Assembly: GCA_964607285.1 (NCBI GenBank)
Contig: CAZSJW010000008.1
Coordinates: 1-63,375 of the forward strand
Length of the DNA stretch: 63,375 nt
DNA from: an uncultured Pseudomonadales bacterium
Lineage (GTDB): Bacteria; Patescibacteriota; Microgenomatia; UBA1400; PJMF01
Direction of reading: 5' to 3'
The notes below the pieces were generated by a model. That model was not told the origin of the DNA. It was given only the letters and a program-made list of their open reading frames with translations, and ran no database searches. The position numbers were made by a program, and so were the translations under genes. Shown here piece after piece: positions 1 through 9,918 of the stretch (positions are counted from its first letter, which is position 1; every line of letters begins with the position of its first letter).

Positions 1-67
1 AACCAGATGTCAGCCAAATCGGAATGAGCGTGCATTCCCGCAACATCAACCTTGGAATCAAAGCATA

Positions 68-1312
68 ATGACAGACAGCATCCTCGAACAACAACTCCGT
101 AACCGCAAAAACCCAATCGAAGTCATCCAAGTAGGCTTGGGATTCATGGGCTTCGGATTTCTATCAAACAACCAATACACCAAGCATTTTCGCATCCCTC
201 TCGTCATCAGCCGCCGCCCTGAAGAATCCAAAAAGTTTCTTCTAGACCACGGCGTACTGGCTCTAGTCGAAGACAAACCCGCAGCCATCCGCGACAATGC
301 TGCTAAAAACATTATTTCCGTGAGTGACAACCTAGACCTCATCAAAGAGCTGGAAGCACCAGTCGTTTTCGAGGTTACAGGAACCGTAGATTATGGCACC
401 CAAGTTGCCCTCAAAACCCTGGAAGCAAAAAAACATCTGGTCACCATGAACCCAGAGCTGCAAGCCACAGTTGGCACCGAGCTCAAAAAACTCTTCGACA
501 AAGAAAATCGCATCATCACCGATGTAGTGGGAGATCAGCCAGGCAGTTTGGCTCGCCTGATTGCCTCTGCACACTACAAAGGCTTCAAAGTCCGCCTAGC
601 TGGCAACATGAAGCGCTACATGGATGTGCACGCTACCCAAGCCAAAATGAAACCTTGGGCAGAGGATAAAGGACTGGCGGTTCGTCAAACAGTTTCTTTT
701 ACTGACGGCACTAAGCAGTCTATCGAAATGAACCTAGTTTCCAACTACTACGGCATGACCATTTCCGAAGCCGGTATGCGAGGGCCAAAAGTCGATAAAT
801 TTGATGATGTGCTCAAAAGTTTTGACTGGAACGCAATTCCAGCCGAAGGCATTGTTGACTACATGATTGGCATCAACTTGTTTCCAGGAGTATTCGTAGT
901 TGCCGAACATACCGATCCACAACAGCAGAAATACCTTCGCTACCTCAACATGGGCGATGGTCCAAGATACGTCCTGTTTGACTCATACCATCTCTGTCAC
1001 CTCGAAGTAGGGGAGACAATTGCTCGCGTGGCGTTGTTTGCAGAAGAAACTATCAACAATGGCCTGAATCCAACTACCAAAACCATCACAATTGCCAAGC
1101 AAGACCTCAAGCAGGGACAAACTCTGGACGGCATTGGCGGCGACACGATTTATGGCAGTATCCGCAAAGCTGCAACCAACACCGACTACTTGCCAATTGG
1201 TGTGGCTGTTGGGTCTGTGCTGAAGCGAGATATCCCGCAGGATGCGCCTATTCGTATTGAAGATGTTGAGTTGCCTAACAATGCGGCGACGACGTTGCTT
1301 GGGTTGATGTAA
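68..1312 (+). CDS. NAD(P)-binding oxidoreductase with C-terminal SAF-like domain (COG4091-type 'predicted homoserine dehydrogenase')
   Basis: 414-aa ORF. N-terminal Rossmann-type glycine motif (IQVGLGFMGFG). C-terminal segment (IAKQDLKQGQTLDGIGGDTIYG) resembles the SAF beta-clip as I remember this family. The ATG overlaps the stop of an upstream partial ORF (TAATG). Confidence 0.55.
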   Translation: MTDSILEQQLRNRKNPIEVIQVGLGFMGFGFLSNNQYTKHFRIPLVISRRPEESKKFLLDHGVLALVEDKPAAIRDNAAKNIISVSDNLDLIKELEAPVVFEVTGTVDYGTQVALKTLEAKKHLVTMNPELQATVGTELKKLFDKENRIITDVVGDQPGSLARLIASAHYKGFKVRLAGNMKRYMDVHATQAKMKPWAEDKGLAVRQTVSFTDGTKQSIEMNLVSNYYGMTISEAGMRGPKVDKFDDVLKSFDWNAIPAEGIVDYMIGINLFPGVFVVAEHTDPQQQKYLRYLNMGDGPRYVLFDSYHLCHLEVGETIARVALFAEETINNGLNPTTKTITIAKQDLKQGQTLDGIGGDTIYGSIRKAATNTDYLPIGVAVGSVLKRDIPQDAPIRIEDVELPNNAATTLLGLM

Positions 1313-1314
1313 AG

Positions 1315-2103
1315 TTAGTCAATTACGGCGCGGGTGGTTTTGGCACACACCGGTTGTTGAGAATCATATCCCCTGGATTTACACAACAGTATTGCTCTGT
1401 GCTTAACTGCCCACCATTTGGAGCTGACTCCACAATCGATCCCATGTGCTCGTGATCCATTATTCTTCTGAACACTAGAAACTGAGTTCCCATCAATAAT
1501 CGCGGTACCACCAATAGCAATTATGCCAGACTCTTTTACATCTTTTATGGTTGATTTCTCAACCTTCAATGTTCCGTTTGAACTATGTGCTATCCCATTA
1601 TTACTGCCATTTTTAACGACAGAATTTTTAATTGTGAGATTTGAGTTTACAAGCGAAAGGGTTCCGTAGTGATGAAAATTAGTAATCGTTATACCTTCAA
1701 TTGTTAATGAACCAGCGGCAATTAAAATAGCTGCATCTAAATCTAAACCTGAATAGTACTTACCATCCATAACTACGTCACCTTCCCCAATAATTGAAAT
1801 TGTTTTATTTGAATTAAGAAGTAGACCGCTTTCAAAAATTTCATTCGTTCCATTCGCCTGATACAAAACTTTTTCAGTAAATTTATACACCCCTGGCTTC
1901 ATTAAAAAAGTCGAGTCAGAAGGCACCCGATCAATTCCTTGCTGCAAACCTGCTAATCCAACAAAGTCACAACCATTAGCACCAGGACTTCCCGAAGGAC
2001 AAACAATATACCGCTGACCCCCAGCTGCCTGGCTTCTGCTTTCCGTACTCCGCTGTGATACGTACTTTCCGGCAGTTAGAGCACCAGAAATGAGCAGCAG
2101 CAC
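1315..2103 (-). CDS. secreted right-handed parallel beta-helix repeat protein
   Basis: 262-aa ORF with a GTG start and a hydrophobic N-terminus. Repeated N/G/S/I-rich ~20-aa units (NSVVKNGSNNGIAHSSNGTLKVEKSTIKDVKESGIIAIGGTAIIDGNSV) are typical of pectin-lyase-fold repeats. Confidence 0.5.
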   Translation of the reverse strand: MLLLISGALTAGKYVSQRSTESRSQAAGGQRYIVCPSGSPGANGCDFVGLAGLQQGIDRVPSDSTFLMKPGVYKFTEKVLYQANGTNEIFESGLLLNSNKTISIIGEGDVVMDGKYYSGLDLDAAILIAAGSLTIEGITITNFHHYGTLSLVNSNLTIKNSVVKNGSNNGIAHSSNGTLKVEKSTIKDVKESGIIAIGGTAIIDGNSVSSVQKNNGSRAHGIDCGVSSKWWAVKHRAILLCKSRGYDSQQPVCAKTTRAVID

Positions 2104-2312
2104 GACAATGCCCAGTCCTACCTGAAGAGCACTCGGGTGTTTTTTACAGCTGGCTTATGAGAACTGGAATGTTGCATATAGCGTGCAGTCCTTAAAAATG
2201 GTTTTTTTAAGCAAACAGTACTTTTACGTCTGTGTCAATCTTTTTGATGCCAGTACTCAACTGTCAGAAAACTTTGTTTCCATAACAACTGAGTACGCAA
2301 AATCGTTACACA

Positions 2313-3482
2313 TTAATACGGGAAGAACTCTGCCTGGCGGCTATCGCTAAAGAAGCTTATGATCTTCCATCGCTTGTAATCCAAAACTCCAAGCTCATCC
2401 TTCGAGATGTTGTAAAGTCCCAGGTTTATAAACAATTGCTCGGGTGCTGCACCTGTGCCAGTACCTTGAAAGTCTTTAAAAACCACACGGACCTTGGCAG
2501 AATACACACCGTTGACCGTCCGAACATCTGTTTTAACTACTTCCCAAGAATATCGAGCAATATCTGGAACGCCGAGCATGCCTAAGAATTGACCATAATC
2601 AGTGGGCGTGACCTTAGCTTTAAACTCTGGCGAGAGCTGTTCAATCGCCTCAGCATAGTTACCAAATCGCATGCTTCCTATGTGCTGTTCGACTGCCACA
2701 CGAGCTGCGTTTTGGAAGCGCGTGTCGTAGACAGGCACAATTGCATACGACGAACCAGCTGGAGGAGCAGATACCTCTGACAATCGCTGCCAGCTAAGGT
2801 CGTTCTGCGCCGTTTGAGCTGGAGGTGCGGCAGCAGGTGGAGTTTGTACTACCGGCTGTTGAGGAGCAGGCTCATTCATAGCACCTGTATCAACAGCTGC
2901 TGGTGCAGTCTTTGGTGGAGCATCATAGTCCATACCAATTTGCGCACATGGCGAGTCTTCGCATGATGAATCGGAATCACCGACTACTTCGATTAATCTA
3001 ACCCGCCAGTTTCCATACTCGGTAGTCAAAGAAAATCGCATGTCCTGCGTTTCTCCAGTTTTTCCCGTCAAACGAATAACAAACATACCCTGATCAGTCA
3101 AGTCAGTATCCCGAACATATACGGATTTTTGAGTAACTTTGTATGGAATATCTGCGCTGACTAATCCCAAGTTTTCGGCAAATTCCTGATACTCCGCCTG
3201 AGTAGCGTCAGTTTTGAATCCCGCGGTGGTTTGAGCATATGCTCCTGTGAAATCTTGGCGGCGCAATGTAGCAATATGTTGCTTAAGGAACTGTGCTGCA
3301 ACATACCCAGGCGTAGTGGTATAGTAATATCCACCACCCACTGCTAGCAATAGTGCTACCAACATACCACCTAGTATAAGAGGTAGGGATTTTGTTGAAG
3401 ACTGGACTGGTCCAACTTGTGGTTGAGCTTGATCAAACCCTGCATCTGAACTCTGAGCATGTGGCGTTGTATGAGTATTCAT
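2313..3482 (-). CDS. membrane-anchored hypothetical protein with two tandem NTF2-like (DUF4864-like) modules joined by a Pro/Ala/Gln-rich linker
   Basis: 389-aa ORF with one TM helix (LPLILGGMLVALLLAVGGGYYY). The two halves share a pattern: ..AEYQEFAENLGLV.. versus ..TDYGQFLGMLGVP... Linker is PAPQQPVVQTPPAAAPPAQTAQ. Confidence 0.5.
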   Translation of the reverse strand: MNTHTTPHAQSSDAGFDQAQPQVGPVQSSTKSLPLILGGMLVALLLAVGGGYYYTTTPGYVAAQFLKQHIATLRRQDFTGAYAQTTAGFKTDATQAEYQEFAENLGLVSADIPYKVTQKSVYVRDTDLTDQGMFVIRLTGKTGETQDMRFSLTTEYGNWRVRLIEVVGDSDSSCEDSPCAQIGMDYDAPPKTAPAAVDTGAMNEPAPQQPVVQTPPAAAPPAQTAQNDLSWQRLSEVSAPPAGSSYAIVPVYDTRFQNAARVAVEQHIGSMRFGNYAEAIEQLSPEFKAKVTPTDYGQFLGMLGVPDIARYSWEVVKTDVRTVNGVYSAKVRVVFKDFQGTGTGAAPEQLFINLGLYNISKDELGVLDYKRWKIISFFSDSRQAEFFPY

Positions 3483-3530
3483 TTCTCCTTTTAGTACGCG
3501 TATACGATGAATAGTTTGTACAGTGTTACT

Positions 3531-4259
3531 TTATACATATACACCAAAAACTTGCAATATACCCAATACACCGTGAATAATTCCAAGTATGACCGTAACC
3601 CACACAAAATACTTATGGATTGCGGTCCATGGCAAATGCGTTCCTGCAGCATCAAGTGGATCACTTCCAATTTTTGATCCCGTCCATGGCAACCTAAGCT
3701 TTGCCCAAGGCATTGCAAAGCAGGTAGCAAATGTCAGCACAAAAAACACCCCCATAACTATGCCTGTCCAGCCAAGTATAGAAATGTCTAAAAATTGAAT
3801 TCTTCCTGTATACCATGGCTTTTGTGCTATCTGGGCTTCGTCCTCTGCTAATCCGGACCATGCAGCTTTTTCTGAGGCAGGTACCATAGCATCATCACCG
3901 AGTGGTGCTGCAACTTCAGCCGTTGGTTCGGCAGTGATACCCTCTAGCGTCCCAATTTGGGTAAACCCCGCAAACACCTCCGGCCCGTGTGGTGCTTCCG
4001 CCATGTTAGCGGTCAGATCAATACCAGCTTTCAGACCAAAGTGTTCACCCAGCTTCCAGAGTTTGCTATCGGTCACGTCGTACACTTTGCCCTCATACGC
4101 TGTGTAGGCTTTTCGGCCGTCTTTGCCGTCATATTTGTCTAGTTCCTCAACTGTGAAAACTGTACCCTGCGCAAATGCACTAGTGACTGCAAAAACTCCA
4201 AGCAGCACAAAGAGCACTAAACCACTAAGTAGTTTTTCAAACTGATTTCTTCTAAACAT
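3531..4259 (-). CDS. cytochrome b5-like heme/steroid-binding domain membrane protein
   Basis: 242-aa ORF with a signal-like N-terminus. The FTVEELDKYDGKDGRKAYTAYEGKVYDVTDSKLW..GEH motif is characteristic of the cyt-b5/PGRMC-type domain. The C-terminal half contains several hydrophobic helices. Confidence 0.6.
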   Translation of the reverse strand: MFRRNQFEKLLSGLVLFVLLGVFAVTSAFAQGTVFTVEELDKYDGKDGRKAYTAYEGKVYDVTDSKLWKLGEHFGLKAGIDLTANMAEAPHGPEVFAGFTQIGTLEGITAEPTAEVAAPLGDDAMVPASEKAAWSGLAEDEAQIAQKPWYTGRIQFLDISILGWTGIVMGVFFVLTFATCFAMPWAKLRLPWTGSKIGSDPLDAAGTHLPWTAIHKYFVWVTVILGIIHGVLGILQVFGVYV

Positions 4260-4277
4260 ACATGCCTTAGATGCTAC

Positions 4278-5255
4278 TTATTCTTCGACAGGTTCCACAC
4301 CTCGATCGCCAAAGGGAATTAAATACACAACGTCTTCATTGGGATCAAGTTGCAGTGCTGCACCAACTTTGACTGCGTCAAAGCCTGCAGTTACCACAGT
4401 GCCCATGCCCAGCGACTCAATTTGCAAATAAATATTTTGCCCGATATGTCCACCTTCCAATAACGTACCAGTCACTGGATCGGCAGGGGAGAGCTTAGCC
4501 ATCTTGGCATAACTTGCAGCCAAGGCTATTACTGCAGGAGCTTTTTGGGAGTTATCCTGGACACCTGCAGCTGTCAAAACATCTCCAGCATTTGCCACAC
4601 CGATATACTCAACGGAATGAGTTGACGGATTATAGCGATACAGTCCAGGTTCCAAACCCGTCACATTGCGAACTACCAAATATGCAGTGAATGGATACGC
4701 GCCTCGAGCAGATGGTGCGGTGCGGTGCCCTGCATCGTCAGTCACGCCTTGGGCTGACCAGAGTACCTGCGAGACTTGCTGCAGTGTCAATGGAGTTTCT
4801 GCATAGGCTCGACGACTCCTGCGAGTTGCCAGCGCTGCTTCGACCGAAAGTTTGCCTGCCAAGTTAGGCTGGGGGAGGGCTGTGGTTTTGAGAACGGTTT
4901 TTTCTGCTGGGAGTTGGTAGTCTAGGTTCTTGGTCGGCGCTTCTGCTTCACTTGTAGTCATTTCTGCACCACCCGCTTTGAGCGCATCACGCTCGCGCAT
5001 AGTGACTACCCAGAGCGCAAAAAATAGTGTAGATAAACCAATCAAAATTACAACTATGAAAGAAAGCGTTTCCTTCTTGAACGGCATGCCGCTTTTCACG
5101 CAGCTGTCACAGTTTTTGCCATCGCAACCAGGATGTTGCGGTGAGTAGGTGGTTTGAACCACCGGCTGTGGAGTAGGCGCAGGAGTGCCTCCAGTTGATT
5201 GCAATGCGTTTGCGAATGGTGATGAGGATTTAGGCATACCTCTATTGAACAGCAT
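4278..5255 (-). CDS. SagB-type dehydrogenase / nitroreductase-fold protein with N-terminal Cys-rich segment and TM anchor
   Basis: 325-aa ORF. RRSRRAY...LSQVLWSAQGVT..., ...GAYPFTAYLVV...GLYRY... and ...LLEGGHIGQNIYLQ... fit the SagB/ThcOx nitroreductase domain pattern. N-terminus has HPGCDGKNCDSC followed by one TM helix. Confidence 0.65.
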   Translation of the reverse strand: MLFNRGMPKSSSPFANALQSTGGTPAPTPQPVVQTTYSPQHPGCDGKNCDSCVKSGMPFKKETLSFIVVILIGLSTLFFALWVVTMRERDALKAGGAEMTTSEAEAPTKNLDYQLPAEKTVLKTTALPQPNLAGKLSVEAALATRRSRRAYAETPLTLQQVSQVLWSAQGVTDDAGHRTAPSARGAYPFTAYLVVRNVTGLEPGLYRYNPSTHSVEYIGVANAGDVLTAAGVQDNSQKAPAVIALAASYAKMAKLSPADPVTGTLLEGGHIGQNIYLQIESLGMGTVVTAGFDAVKVGAALQLDPNEDVVYLIPFGDRGVEPVEE

Positions 5256-5316
5256 TTCTGGTAGTTAGTCAATGAAATTATGCACTATATCGTACTTTTG
5301 TGATACAGTTCACAAA

Positions 5317-5916
5317 CTAGCCAGCTAGCTGCCACTCTGTGATAGCCGGGATAGGTTGAATCAGCAATATAATGTTTAATAACAAGCTATCTCTAATCCA
5401 CCAGAGCATGAGTAGTTCGGAAAGCACAAAAACTGCTAACAACCACGGACGACGCAGCTGCCATGCAACTGCAAATCCGATCACACAAAACAGCACATCA
5501 GACACCGAGTTAGCAATACTATCTCCAAAGTAATCGTAGGAAAACGTTGCCGTTCTATATCTATTAATTATCAAGCTAGTATTTTCTAACACTTCCCAAG
5601 CTGCTTCCAATACTACTGCAACTATAAAGACACGTCGAACGTGCCACTTGGGAAGAATTCTACGCAAAAATACGGCAAAAAGTATTCCGTGCAGGAAATG
5701 ACTTATAGAATATGGATCAAAGAGATGTTGGGAATTATGTGAACTTTTGTTTTCTAATGCAATCAAACTCCAGTCCCCGAGAGCGCACCACCAAACGCGT
5801 CCCATGCTTCGAAGCGCAACGATCATTACAGCTAGCGTTGCGCCTACTGCACTAACCGTTGATGCAGTTGAGAAATACAAAGGGTGCTTTGCATCAGACG
5901 TACGGTTTTGAGACAT
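5317..5916 (-). CDS. DUF2585 (UPF0314)-like integral membrane protein
   Basis: 199-aa multi-TM ORF. HLFDPYSISHFLHGILF, AAWEVLENTSLIINRYR and DYFGDSIANSVSDV match my recollection of UPF0314 family motifs. Confidence 0.5.
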   Translation of the reverse strand: MSQNRTSDAKHPLYFSTASTVSAVGATLAVMIVALRSMGRVWWCALGDWSLIALENKSSHNSQHLFDPYSISHFLHGILFAVFLRRILPKWHVRRVFIVAVVLEAAWEVLENTSLIINRYRTATFSYDYFGDSIANSVSDVLFCVIGFAVAWQLRRPWLLAVFVLSELLMLWWIRDSLLLNIILLIQPIPAITEWQLAG

Positions 5917-5967
5917 ACTGTGTTACTGCTGCGTTTTCTGTTATCCTCGTTTCAGTATAGCGCATTC

Positions 5968-7209
5968 ATGTTACCCAAAACTATGCTTACGAGTTTGAAT
6001 TTTCTTGCCGATACATGGTGGTTTGCCGCCACCCGCATGACGCCTCTGCAAGTTCAACAACTAGCAAAACAGCGAGCCAAACAAGGTTTTACCGCTATCC
6101 AATTGGTTGCAGCTTTTCCTCCCGAAGTAGCCCCAACCTCGGCACAAGCTGCCAACACTTCCGGCTGGCCACTTGATAACAATAATCAGATTAATCAGTC
6201 GTACTTTGCAGACCTAGACAAAAAAATTGCCGCCATCATAGACGCAAAACTCACGCCAATCATCTATGGCAGCTGGGGCAATCACATCGATAGCATTGGG
6301 GTGGAAACCATGTGCCACATTTGGCAAGAGCTGATTGATCGCTATAGTTCTCTTGAAGTTGTCTGGTGCGTGTGTGGCGAAGTGGATCTGCCCCCTGCAG
6401 CAACAACTTTGCAAGGTTTTCCTTTCAACACGGTCATAGGCTCAATGCTGCGCAAGCTACTTCGACCGTTTAAAAATATGGTTGTTCTATCCACACATTG
6501 GCAAACAATTCGACTCGAAGAATGGAATCGAGTAGGGGAGTACATCGCAGCTCACGATCCGCATCACAGACCAATAATCATTCACCCCCACATGAACTCC
6601 ACAGCCAGACAGCTTTTCCCCCAAGCCCAGTGGCTCAGTGCCAACAGCATGCAATCAGGCCACTCACGATCACGGTTAGCATGGCTTCACAGAACTGCAA
6701 CTGCCGCACAAACAACAAGCGACCCCACAATCAACCTCGAACCCTGGTACGAAGGCATTGGTGGGGACTTTGGCTCACAGTTGCAACGCCAGGCATTTTG
6801 GGTGAGTATGCTCAGCGGCTGCCTAAGCTATGCGTATGGGGCACAGGGACTTTGGAACATGAATAAACCAGGCGAGTCGTTTCTTGGTCACTGGGGGAGT
6901 ACAGACTGGCGGACAGCAGCGGCAGCACCAGGAGCGGAGCAAATTGGAAAGGCTGCGACTTGGCTGCGTGAACAAAATTGGTTTGGAACACTACAGCCTG
7001 TGCCCCTAACCGCAGCTCAACTGGAGACAATTCTTGAACAACCCATTACAGCAATAACCCCAACAGGTGAACAGCTGCTGTACCTTCCAACGCACAGCAA
7101 CTTCACAAAACCAAACGCACGATTCTTCGATCCTACCACTATGCAAGAACTCCCCCAAACCGAGCTCAAAACCCCAGACTGCATCGTACTCTTACCTGAC
7201 TCGGTTTGA
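5968..7209 (+). CDS. DUF4038 / GH140-like glycoside hydrolase
   Basis: The track ORF starts at 5884 but would overlap the divergent gene at 5317-5916. The in-frame ATG at 5968 (MLPKTMLTSLNF) avoids this. LADTWWFAA...GFTAIQLV...SWGNHID...VVWCVCGEVD resembles the DUF4038 TIM-barrel family. Confidence 0.5.
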   Translation: MLPKTMLTSLNFLADTWWFAATRMTPLQVQQLAKQRAKQGFTAIQLVAAFPPEVAPTSAQAANTSGWPLDNNNQINQSYFADLDKKIAAIIDAKLTPIIYGSWGNHIDSIGVETMCHIWQELIDRYSSLEVVWCVCGEVDLPPAATTLQGFPFNTVIGSMLRKLLRPFKNMVVLSTHWQTIRLEEWNRVGEYIAAHDPHHRPIIIHPHMNSTARQLFPQAQWLSANSMQSGHSRSRLAWLHRTATAAQTTSDPTINLEPWYEGIGGDFGSQLQRQAFWVSMLSGCLSYAYGAQGLWNMNKPGESFLGHWGSTDWRTAAAAPGAEQIGKAATWLREQNWFGTLQPVPLTAAQLETILEQPITAITPTGEQLLYLPTHSNFTKPNARFFDPTTMQELPQTELKTPDCIVLLPDSV

Positions 7210-7226
7210 GATAGTATAATTGCCTG

Positions 7227-8513
7227 ATGAATCCAGCCGCAAAAACTGTCACTATCGTTGCAATGATTGCAGTACTGTTGGGCACAGCAGTAGCTTTTGC
7301 GCTTGTCATGATGCTACAAGAAAAAGAATCAAGCTTTGAAAAACAAGTCGCTGCCAGACAGGAAAACCCGGGATTCTGGGAGTTCCAAGCCATCGATACC
7401 ATGAAGTATTCGCGTGATCCCAGCCGAGAGTTTCTGGGCAAAAAGGACAAAGCTGCAGAAATTGTCGAACAACAGGTCAGCAACATTGCAGGCACTGGCG
7501 CTACCCATATTGGCATTGCTACACCATACGACGAAGAGTTCATGCCGATCATGCACCTCTGGGTAGATGCCGCCCGCAGACATGGCTTGCACATTTGGTT
7601 CCGAGGTAATTGGTCAGGCTGGGAGCAGTGGTTTGGGTATCCAAGCATCACTAGAGCAGAGCATCTGAACAAGACTCGCTTATTCATCGAAACTCACCCA
7701 GATTTATTTGAAAATGGCGATATTTTCAGCCCCTGTCCCGAGTGTGAAAACGGCGGACCAGGCGATCCTCGCATGCACACCGACGCCAAAAGTCATACAA
7801 AATTTCTGATCGAGGAACACGAGATGATGCAGGAAGCATTCCGCTCGATTGGCAAAAATGTCACTATCAACTATAACTCCATGAATGGGGATGTTGCTCG
7901 CTTGATTATGACTGAAGCTACAACAACAGCACTTGGTGGCGTCATCGCAATTGATCACTATGTTCGCACGCCCGAAAAGCTTGTGGCTGATGCCAGAGAG
8001 TTAGCACTGCGCGCCAAAGGTAAGGTCGTCTTTGGAGAGTTCGGTAATCCAATTCCTGACATTCATGGAGCGCAAACCCCAGAGGAACAGGCTGAGTGGC
8101 TAGAATCAGCACTTAACCTCATGGCGCGAGAACCCACAATTTACGGCATGAGCTACTGGACAAATGTGGGTGGATCAACAGAAATTTGGAAATCTGATGG
8201 TACGGCTAAACCCGCAGTTGCTGTACTGACCAAGTACTTCACCCCGCAGTTGCTCCGCGGCAAAGTGCTAGATCCGAGAGGCAAACCTGTGGTAAACGCC
8301 AAGATAGTGACCCCACAAAAAACAGTGTACACCGATGAAGCAGGCGAGTTTGTTGTGCCGTACACGCATTTGGAAGGGGAGCTACGACTGGACGCTACTG
8401 GGTTTACATCGGAAACACGTATGATGGAGAGTGCTACTGCTAGTGAACTGGTTTTTGTGCTTGAGCGAACTAATCCAACCTTGTGGACGAGGTTGGGAGA
8501 TTGGCTTTGGTAG
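7227..8513 (+). CDS. membrane-anchored TIM-barrel glycoside hydrolase (clan GH-A-like) with C-terminal carboxypeptidase-regulatory-like domain
   Basis: 428-aa ORF with an N-terminal TM helix. Candidate acid/base (CPECENGGPG) and nucleophile (VVFGEFG) motifs have the spacing expected for clan GH-A. The C-terminal GKVLDPRGKPVVNAKIVTPQKTVYTDEAGEFVV is a typical CarboxypepD_reg-like beta-sandwich. Confidence 0.45.
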   Translation: MNPAAKTVTIVAMIAVLLGTAVAFALVMMLQEKESSFEKQVAARQENPGFWEFQAIDTMKYSRDPSREFLGKKDKAAEIVEQQVSNIAGTGATHIGIATPYDEEFMPIMHLWVDAARRHGLHIWFRGNWSGWEQWFGYPSITRAEHLNKTRLFIETHPDLFENGDIFSPCPECENGGPGDPRMHTDAKSHTKFLIEEHEMMQEAFRSIGKNVTINYNSMNGDVARLIMTEATTTALGGVIAIDHYVRTPEKLVADARELALRAKGKVVFGEFGNPIPDIHGAQTPEEQAEWLESALNLMAREPTIYGMSYWTNVGGSTEIWKSDGTAKPAVAVLTKYFTPQLLRGKVLDPRGKPVVNAKIVTPQKTVYTDEAGEFVVPYTHLEGELRLDATGFTSETRMMESATASELVFVLERTNPTLWTRLGDWLW

Positions 8514-8517
8514 GGGA

Positions 8518-9168
8518 TTAGCCGTACATATATTCAATCAATCCCTCAACACCAGCTCTGTGAAGAATACTTGCGGGCCCAGAAAGCAACTCAGCTATCA
8601 TAGCGACTAAAACAAGCTTTACGTTTTCTTTAGCAGGTTGGTGCAGAGTTTCTTCTCTGGAACTCTCAAATCCTCTTAGCTTTTCTGCAAGCAGAATATC
8701 TTTCAAGAAACGGTCTCTACCAGATACCATCTCCTGATACAAAACGTTGTACTCACGCATATGTTCGGAAAGTATTCTGCGTGGTGTATCATAATCCCGA
8801 GACAACCATCCGTACCCAGTGTAACCAATAAAATCAGCTTTAGGCCGTGGACCACTAAAGGAAGCTTCAACCGTTGCAAACTGTGATGGATCGGGTAACC
8901 CCAATGCTTTTGCTGCCTGGTGGGCATCCATAGCTGTAACCGATGCAAACGCTGAATGCACAAATTCTCTTGTCAACTCTTCTTCAGAGGCATACTCACC
9001 TCTATCTCTCTTCATGTTTCTATTAATAATTAAGCTCAAAACTAGCGCTTCAACCACATCAAACAAGCCTCTATTTTTTAGGTGGTCTATGAATGAATCT
9101 ACTATTTGGCCGATAGCCTCTTTAAGTGACAAACCCTCACGTTCCATTGTTCGCTTCAGTTTTACCAA
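8518..9168 (-). CDS. hypothetical protein; homolog of the C-terminal half of the 483-aa paralog at 9919-11370
   Basis: 216-aa ORF with a TTG start in the track. It aligns by eye with residues ~270-483 of the neighbour: LIINRNMKRD / AIVRRNMKKD and KENVKLVLVAMIAELL / EGNARLILAALVIQVI. It overlaps the upstream ORF by 7 nt in another frame. Confidence 0.5.
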   Translation of the reverse strand: MVKLKRTMEREGLSLKEAIGQIVDSFIDHLKNRGLFDVVEALVLSLIINRNMKRDRGEYASEEELTREFVHSAFASVTAMDAHQAAKALGLPDPSQFATVEASFSGPRPKADFIGYTGYGWLSRDYDTPRRILSEHMREYNVLYQEMVSGRDRFLKDILLAEKLRGFESSREETLHQPAKENVKLVLVAMIAELLSGPASILHRAGVEGLIEYMYG

Positions 9169-9857
9169 TGGCCCATCAGAAAGTGATTCCCACTCCCAAG
9201 AGTTGCCATACTTCTCAGGTAAACCTGGGAAAAACCCCCAGCTTCAGCCACTGCATACACAAGAGCTGTAGATACCGTGAAGTAACCTGCTGCATTAATT
9301 ATGTCGAGATTTTTTTTGTATTTTTCATTAAATGCAGGCTTGTATTCTTCAATGTGCACATCATCATTAGTGCTTTCCTCATGCGCCACGGGAAAACTGA
9401 CTGGAACCTGAGCTAGTGCATCAACTTTCTTGTTTCCAAAAAGTTTCACACTCTCATCCAAAACCTCGTTGTAACCTCCCATACCATATGGCTCGTGCCA
9501 ACCATCATCACTATCATGGTAAGAGCTTCTCCAGTTTCTTTGTAAATCTGAGAGTAGCTGATAAATAAGTTCTCTGCGTCCTGCTAATTCCTTCAATTGC
9601 TCTGTAAACCGCTGAAACGGAACAGTGTACTCAGGCCCAAGTGTTTCCGCCCGTACAGGATTGACCTTGTATAAAACAACTTCACCATCTGCAGGAAGTG
9701 CTTCGCCGTCTTTTCTTTGCGTCTCTAATGCCGCGGCAATCAGCGGCACTTTTAGTATCTGCTGCAGTCCTAGCATGGCGCCAACAGCAGTAAAATACTC
9801 CAGAAACTCACGCCTTGATACAGTACGTTTAGATTGAGGTTCTTTCCATTGTTCCAT
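9162..9857 (-). CDS. hypothetical exported protein with Tat-like signal; homolog of the N-terminal half of the 483-aa paralog
   Basis: ATG at 9857 chosen (MEQWKEPQSKRTVSRREFLEYFTAVGAMLGL). Matches to the neighbour include LYKVNPVRAE / LYRIHPKPAY, WHEPYGMGGYNEVL / WREPAGMSGYHGVI and VPVSFPVAHEES / IPLSYPVDHTES. Confidence 0.5.
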   Translation of the reverse strand: MEQWKEPQSKRTVSRREFLEYFTAVGAMLGLQQILKVPLIAAALETQRKDGEALPADGEVVLYKVNPVRAETLGPEYTVPFQRFTEQLKELAGRRELIYQLLSDLQRNWRSSYHDSDDGWHEPYGMGGYNEVLDESVKLFGNKKVDALAQVPVSFPVAHEESTNDDVHIEEYKPAFNEKYKKNLDIINAAGYFTVSTALVYAVAEAGGFSQVYLRSMATLGSGNHFLMGHW

Positions 9858-9918
9858 ACGATATAGTATGCCAACACTACTACTGCTCCACAAGTGGTAT
9901 ACATGAAATCACGCTCAA

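Noticed and set aside
3-68. Partial ORF running off the left edge (..PDVSQIGMSVHSRNINLGIKA*) whose stop overlaps the next start (TAATG)
   Set aside because: Only 21 codons are visible, too little to support a call, although the TAATG overlap suggests a real upstream gene.
5884-5967. N-terminal 28 codons of the track ORF 5884-7209
   Set aside because: They would overlap the divergent gene 5317-5916 by 33 nt and read as a Leu/Arg-rich stretch. The ATG at 5968 gives a cleaner start.
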